A DNA stretch of 64,000 bases, taken from a virus. The stretch is taken from positions 1 through 64,000 of the IMG/VR virus record IMGVR_UViG_3300021197_001635, one strand, 5' to 3'. Positions within the stretch are counted from its first letter, which is position 1; each line of letters starts with the position of its first letter. The notes under the pieces were generated by a model that saw nothing but the letters and a program-made list of their open reading frames with translations, had not been told where the DNA came from and did not search any database. Below, piece after piece: positions 60,006 through 64,000 of this stretch. The translations under genes were made by a program, and so were the position numbers.

Positions 60006-60470
60006 ATGGCAAGAGCTGGTGTATATGACATAACCACAGAGCAGGGTGCTAGCTTCACCCTGCATCTTACTTACCAAGATTCCGACTCCAACGGATTCAC
60101 GTTAGATGACTATAAGGCAACTATGCAAGTCAGAAGATCTCCAGAAGATCCTGATTTGTTGCTCTGGATAACAGGTTCCACTGCTAGTCTAACTGCTGGT
60201 ACTCCTCATACGGGATCGCTCACTGGTGGAGGTAGCACTGGTGAGTTTGGATCTACTCAGGGTGTCTCTGGGACTGGCAATATAAACTTGGATGTATCCT
60301 CTGGTGGCGCTACTGGAACTACTGGTGGTATCCTTGTAACTATAGACTCTAATACCATGGCAAATGTCCCATCGGGTAGACACTTCTATGACTTAGAGAT
60401 ATATGCTGGAACTTCGGTCACAAAACTGGTCAAGGGAAGATTTGAGGTAGAGGCGGAAGTTACTAGATGA
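60006..60470 (+). CDS. Small virion protein (fibre-associated adaptor-like)
   Basis: [38 protein letters not shown], a pattern common upstream of phage fibre genes. Confidence 0.55.
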   Translation: MARAGVYDITTEQGASFTLHLTYQDSDSNGFTLDDYKATMQVRRSPEDPDLLLWITGSTASLTAGTPHTGSLTGGGSTGEFGSTQGVSGTGNINLDVSSGGATGTTGGILVTIDSNTMANVPSGRHFYDLEIYAGTSVTKLVKGRFEVEAEVTR

Positions 60471-63400
60471 GAATTTCACTGTCAGATTCAAACCAGCACA
60501 AGATAATAATCACTGGTAAGAACCAGGCTAGGGTTATTGTACAACCAGACACAGACAAGGTGTTGATTAATACCCCATCTGGTGTGGGTCCTCAAGGTCC
60601 TCAAGGCGTTTCTGGACCACGAGGTGTCACTGGTCCACAAGGTGTTACTGGAACCACAGGAGCAACAGGAACAACTGGTAGCACAGGGTCGACTGGCAGT
60701 ACTGGTGCTACTGGTGCTACTGGTGCACAGGGACCTGCAGGTCCAGGATTTACTGGTGCTCAGGGACCAACAGGTGCTACAGGCGCTACTGGTGCTACTG
60801 GTTCACAAGGACCCGCAGGTCCACAAGGTGTAACTGGAACCACAGGAGCAACTGGTGCGACAGGAACGACTGGTGCTACTGGAACCACGGGATCCACTGG
60901 ACCAGCAGGACCCCAAGGTTCAGCAGGACCACAAGGTCTGACGGGAGCTACTGGAACCACTGGGGCAACTGGAACTACGGGATCCACTGGACCAGCAGGA
61001 CCCCAAGGTTCAGCAGGACCTCAGGGTGCTACTGGAACTACAGGAGCTACTGGGGCCACTGGGGCAACTGGAACTACAGGATCCACTGGACCCGCAGGAC
61101 CACAAGGTTCAGCAGGACCACAAGGTTTAACGGGAGCTACGGGTACTACTGGTGCAACAGGCACTACAGGATCCACTGGACCCGCAGGACCACAAGGTTC
61201 AGCAGGACCACAAGGTTTAACGGGAGCTACGGGTACTACTGGAACAACTGGTGCTACGGGTACTACTGGGTCCACTGGGTCCACTGGTAGTACTGGGCCT
61301 TCTGGATATATTACATATACCTACGATGAATCTGATGCACAAAGTGCTGGTAAAGTACACTTCACTAATGCTACAAGCGCGGGTTTCAAAATCAACTTGG
61401 ATCCAGGCGGAGGATTAGATGATATAGGTGATATAGAATCGTCACCCATAGTGGTCACTGTAAATAGCCTTGCAGCAGCGAAAAGAGCAGTATTCAGGAT
61501 TATTGGAACCCCAGATGAAGGAACTGGAGGCGAGATCAGTTGGTCGGGTGGAAGCAATACAAGAATCCTTCACTATGGTGGGAACTTCACTGATGGCGAA
61601 TCCGTAATTGTGGGTTGGTTGCGTGAAGGTGGGGCTACTGGTACTACTGGGGCTACGGGATCCACTGGACCCGCAGGACCCCAAGGTTCAGCAGGACCAC
61701 AAGGTTTGACGGGGGCTACTGGTACTACTGGTACTACTGGTGCTACTGGAACCACGGGATCCACTGGTGCTGATGCTGGAGCACCATATATCTTTCAGAC
61801 TGGAGACTCGAGTCCAGATGATGGTAATCTATATGTGTTAGACTCCTCCAACGGCAACACCACCGTTAGTGCCAATGTAGCATTCTTAGTGATAGGCAAT
61901 AGAGATACCACACTAGCTAATAATAGCGACTGGATCAGTTCATGGGATGATTCTACCTCGGTTAAGAGAGGTAGTGTGACTGTCAAGCAAAGAGGCGGCA
62001 GTAAATATATGGTTCTGGACGTGATAGGTGATATGACCGACTCAGGTGATGGTGATTCTAGGAAGATACCAGTAGAATTCGTAGGTGGTGGTCTGGACCT
62101 GGCCGATGATGCTCAGGATGTAAGTGTTAGCTTCACTAGGTATGGAGATGCTGGTACAGGTGGATATGGTAACCTGTCATGGAAATACTCAATAGACACA
62201 ACTACTACTGTACCAGGCGGAATTCCTCAAGGAGGCATTAGATTAAGTAGTGCGACTATCTCAGCGGCTACCCATGCTTACTTCAGTGATTTCACCAATG
62301 AATTTGGTAATCCAGGCATAACTCAATGGTATGAATACGTAGTGTCTGGTGTTTCCGCTGGTGCTGAATACCCACAGGATTTATTTTACCTCAAGTTGTT
62401 CAAGCAAGCAGAGGATTATAAATGGGCGGTATTCTCTATAACTAACGGCATTAGTGCTTCAAATGCTGGCAATGCTTCTGGTAACACTGGATATTATGAC
62501 TTTGATATAGCCCACATAGCATCTAGTGTGGATACCGTCAGCAGTCTGGCAGACGGTGAAGGTCAAGCAATTGCTACATTCAGTGAGGCTGGTAGACATG
62601 ACAGGATACCAAGTTCTCTTGGATTCGATGCAGGTGATTATTTTTATATATTACCTGCTGCCAGCATAGTTGACAACGGCAGTAATTGTTATTTCTTAGG
62701 TATAGACCCAAATGGCCAAGGTAATGCAGGCAGAGGACTTGTCTGGGGTTATAGTAAAAATGATGGTGGATATGATGACAAGCTACAGACTAATATAACC
62801 TGCCAAAATAGGAGTGGTGATAGCAATTGCACTATTTGGGACAACATACCCGATGGGGCACAGGTCATAATGAGGATTGCGTTTGATGGTATAGGTAGTA
62901 ACCCATCAGCACATGTGGACTATCTTGGATATTTCGATGAAGGCAATTGTTCCAGTGAGAGAAAATTCTACTTCGCACAAGATGCGGGTGGCGCAGGCAT
63001 TGTACCAGTAGCAGTAGATGTGCCTGACGGTCGAGTCGACGATGAAGGCGATCCTAGTTTTAATGCCTATATGAGGCATATTCTTGGACAGTACATACAA
63101 TTCAACAATGCCGTTCCAGTGAAGATCAGCGTAGATGTCGTTAATCCTTTATTCGGTTTCAATCTGGCTACTTTAGACGGTATCACCTCTGGTACGACTA
63201 GCGGGGCATCTGGTGCTGGTCTCACTGGTAATACTTCGGGCAATGCGATATTCAATTCTGGTGTCAGTGGCAAGATTCAATTCACAGCACCTACCCTCTT
63301 GTCTACCATCACCACCAGATCATCTATCGGTATTGGTGCTAGTAAAACAGCATCTGGTGCATCTGGTTCCATACTGCAGGTGATTGCAACTGGTACGACT

Positions 63401-63784
63401 CTAGAATATGTGGATGATACATTCGATATTGGTGCACTCGTAGACAACGGTGTGTCAGAAATCACTACTGGTCCTAAGGGACACAGGGTCCTTCGTAACA
63501 ACTGTGAACTAATACAATGGACTGTCACCAGCAATGTCACTGGGTCAGTAGAGTGGGGAATAGACTTCGCGGCATCGGGTGCATGGCCTGTCGTTACAGC
63601 AATTACACATGAGGCGGGTGAGTACCCAATTCTGGAGAACAAACCATGGAGCACCAAGTCTATAACAGGATCAGAATGGGGTAAAAGGGTGTTCTCAGAA
63701 GGAGATATCATCCAGTTCAGGGTTGATGGTGCTACTGGTGTCAGTGCATCTTCCATTACCCTCAAGGCTAGGAGGATTCCATAA
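60467..63784 (+). CDS. Collagen-like fibre protein
   Basis: Two Gly-X-Y blocks ([15 protein letters not shown]) separated and followed by globular domains; C-terminal [20 protein letters not shown] domain. Confidence 0.85.
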   Translation: MRISLSDSNQHKIIITGKNQARVIVQPDTDKVLINTPSGVGPQGPQGVSGPRGVTGPQGVTGTTGATGTTGSTGSTGSTGATGATGAQGPAGPGFTGAQGPTGATGATGATGSQGPAGPQGVTGTTGATGATGTTGATGTTGSTGPAGPQGSAGPQGLTGATGTTGATGTTGSTGPAGPQGSAGPQGATGTTGATGATGATGTTGSTGPAGPQGSAGPQGLTGATGTTGATGTTGSTGPAGPQGSAGPQGLTGATGTTGTTGATGTTGSTGSTGSTGPSGYITYTYDESDAQSAGKVHFTNATSAGFKINLDPGGGLDDIGDIESSPIVVTVNSLAAAKRAVFRIIGTPDEGTGGEISWSGGSNTRILHYGGNFTDGESVIVGWLREGGATGTTGATGSTGPAGPQGSAGPQGLTGATGTTGTTGATGTTGSTGADAGAPYIFQTGDSSPDDGNLYVLDSSNGNTTVSANVAFLVIGNRDTTLANNSDWISSWDDSTSVKRGSVTVKQRGGSKYMVLDVIGDMTDSGDGDSRKIPVEFVGGGLDLADDAQDVSVSFTRYGDAGTGGYGNLSWKYSIDTTTTVPGGIPQGGIRLSSATISAATHAYFSDFTNEFGNPGITQWYEYVVSGVSAGAEYPQDLFYLKLFKQAEDYKWAVFSITNGISASNAGNASGNTGYYDFDIAHIASSVDTVSSLADGEGQAIATFSEAGRHDRIPSSLGFDAGDYFYILPAASIVDNGSNCYFLGIDPNGQGNAGRGLVWGYSKNDGGYDDKLQTNITCQNRSGDSNCTIWDNIPDGAQVIMRIAFDGIGSNPSAHVDYLGYFDEGNCSSERKFYFAQDAGGAGIVPVAVDVPDGRVDDEGDPSFNAYMRHILGQYIQFNNAVPVKISVDVVNPLFGFNLATLDGITSGTTSGASGAGLTGNTSGNAIFNSGVSGKIQFTAPTLLSTITTRSSIGIGASKTASGASGSILQVIATGTTLEYVDDTFDIGALVDNGVSEITTGPKGHRVLRNNCELIQWTVTSNVTGSVEWGIDFAASGAWPVVTAITHEAGEYPILENKPWSTKSITGSEWGKRVFSEGDIIQFRVDGATGVSASSITLKARRIP
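60581..61770 (+). repeat. Collagen-like Gly-X-Y repeats (about 60581-61303 and 61630-61770) with a recurrent [16 protein letters not shown] unit
   Basis: GGATCCACTGGACC[A/C]GCAGGACC[C/A]CAAGGTTCAGCAGGACC recurs near 60890, 60980, 61079, 61169 and 61658. Confidence 0.9.
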
Positions 63785-64000
63785 TGACAGATTTAAGAGG
63801 TGCTAACTGTGCAGTTTACTATGTTAATGGAGCTGCTGGAAATAACTCCAGTGCAGGTACTGCTACAGGCACAGCATGGGCAACCATACAATACGCACTT
63901 GATAAAATAGCAGACGGAACTGTCAACGACGGTGACGAAGTCAGAATAATGGCGACTGGCAACTATACTATATCGTCTACTTTGAACCCAGCATTTAACA
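63784..64000 (+). CDS. Beta-helix/pectin-lyase-like spike or fibre protein, N-terminal part (runs off window)
   Basis: [55 protein letters not shown], a typical YV..GND...G....WATIQ.A motif. Confidence 0.6.
   Translation, partial: MTDLRGANCAVYYVNGAAGNNSSAGTATGTAWATIQYALDKIADGTVNDGDEVRIMATGNYTISSTLNPAFN

Noticed and set aside
60581-61770. Repeats as a possible CRISPR array or DGR template/variable repeat
   Set aside because: They are in-frame Gly-X-Y coding repeats without unique spacers; no cas or reverse transcriptase gene and no adenine-specific mismatch pattern was seen

Overview
A 64-kb, almost entirely + strand, densely coding segment of a large T4-like (Kyanoviridae/pelagiphage-like) myovirus. 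Gene order: PAAR spike, GAF/holin-like protein, baseplate (gp25-gp6-gp7-gp8, VrlC-like), fibre plus Gly-rich adhesin, neck (gp13-15), terminase (gp16/17), sheath and tube, portal, prohead core/protease/scaffold, major capsid gp23, spike-base-like protein, gp3. Next come uvsY-uvsW-gp55-gp47, an inserted block (small ORF, tRNA-Ile(UAU), purB), gp46, a DNA methyltransferase, rnh and the gp45/44/62/regA module, which is interrupted by GDP-fucose genes and a GroES. A 12-kb sugar-nucleotide/glycosyltransferase cluster follows and ends in a GT2-TPR enzyme just upstream of a Thr-rich collagen-like fibre. T4 late promoters (TATAAATA) and three near-consensus sigma70 promoters are visible. The strongest lead is a late-expressed virion protein O-glycosylation system, with a G-x-[T/S]-[G/A] motif scattered through most virion proteins as a candidate sequon. 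Other leads are a context-dependent CCWGG/CCGG avoidance signature and an AUA-reading tRNA. All functional calls come from motif recognition and synteny by eye; no database searches were run.
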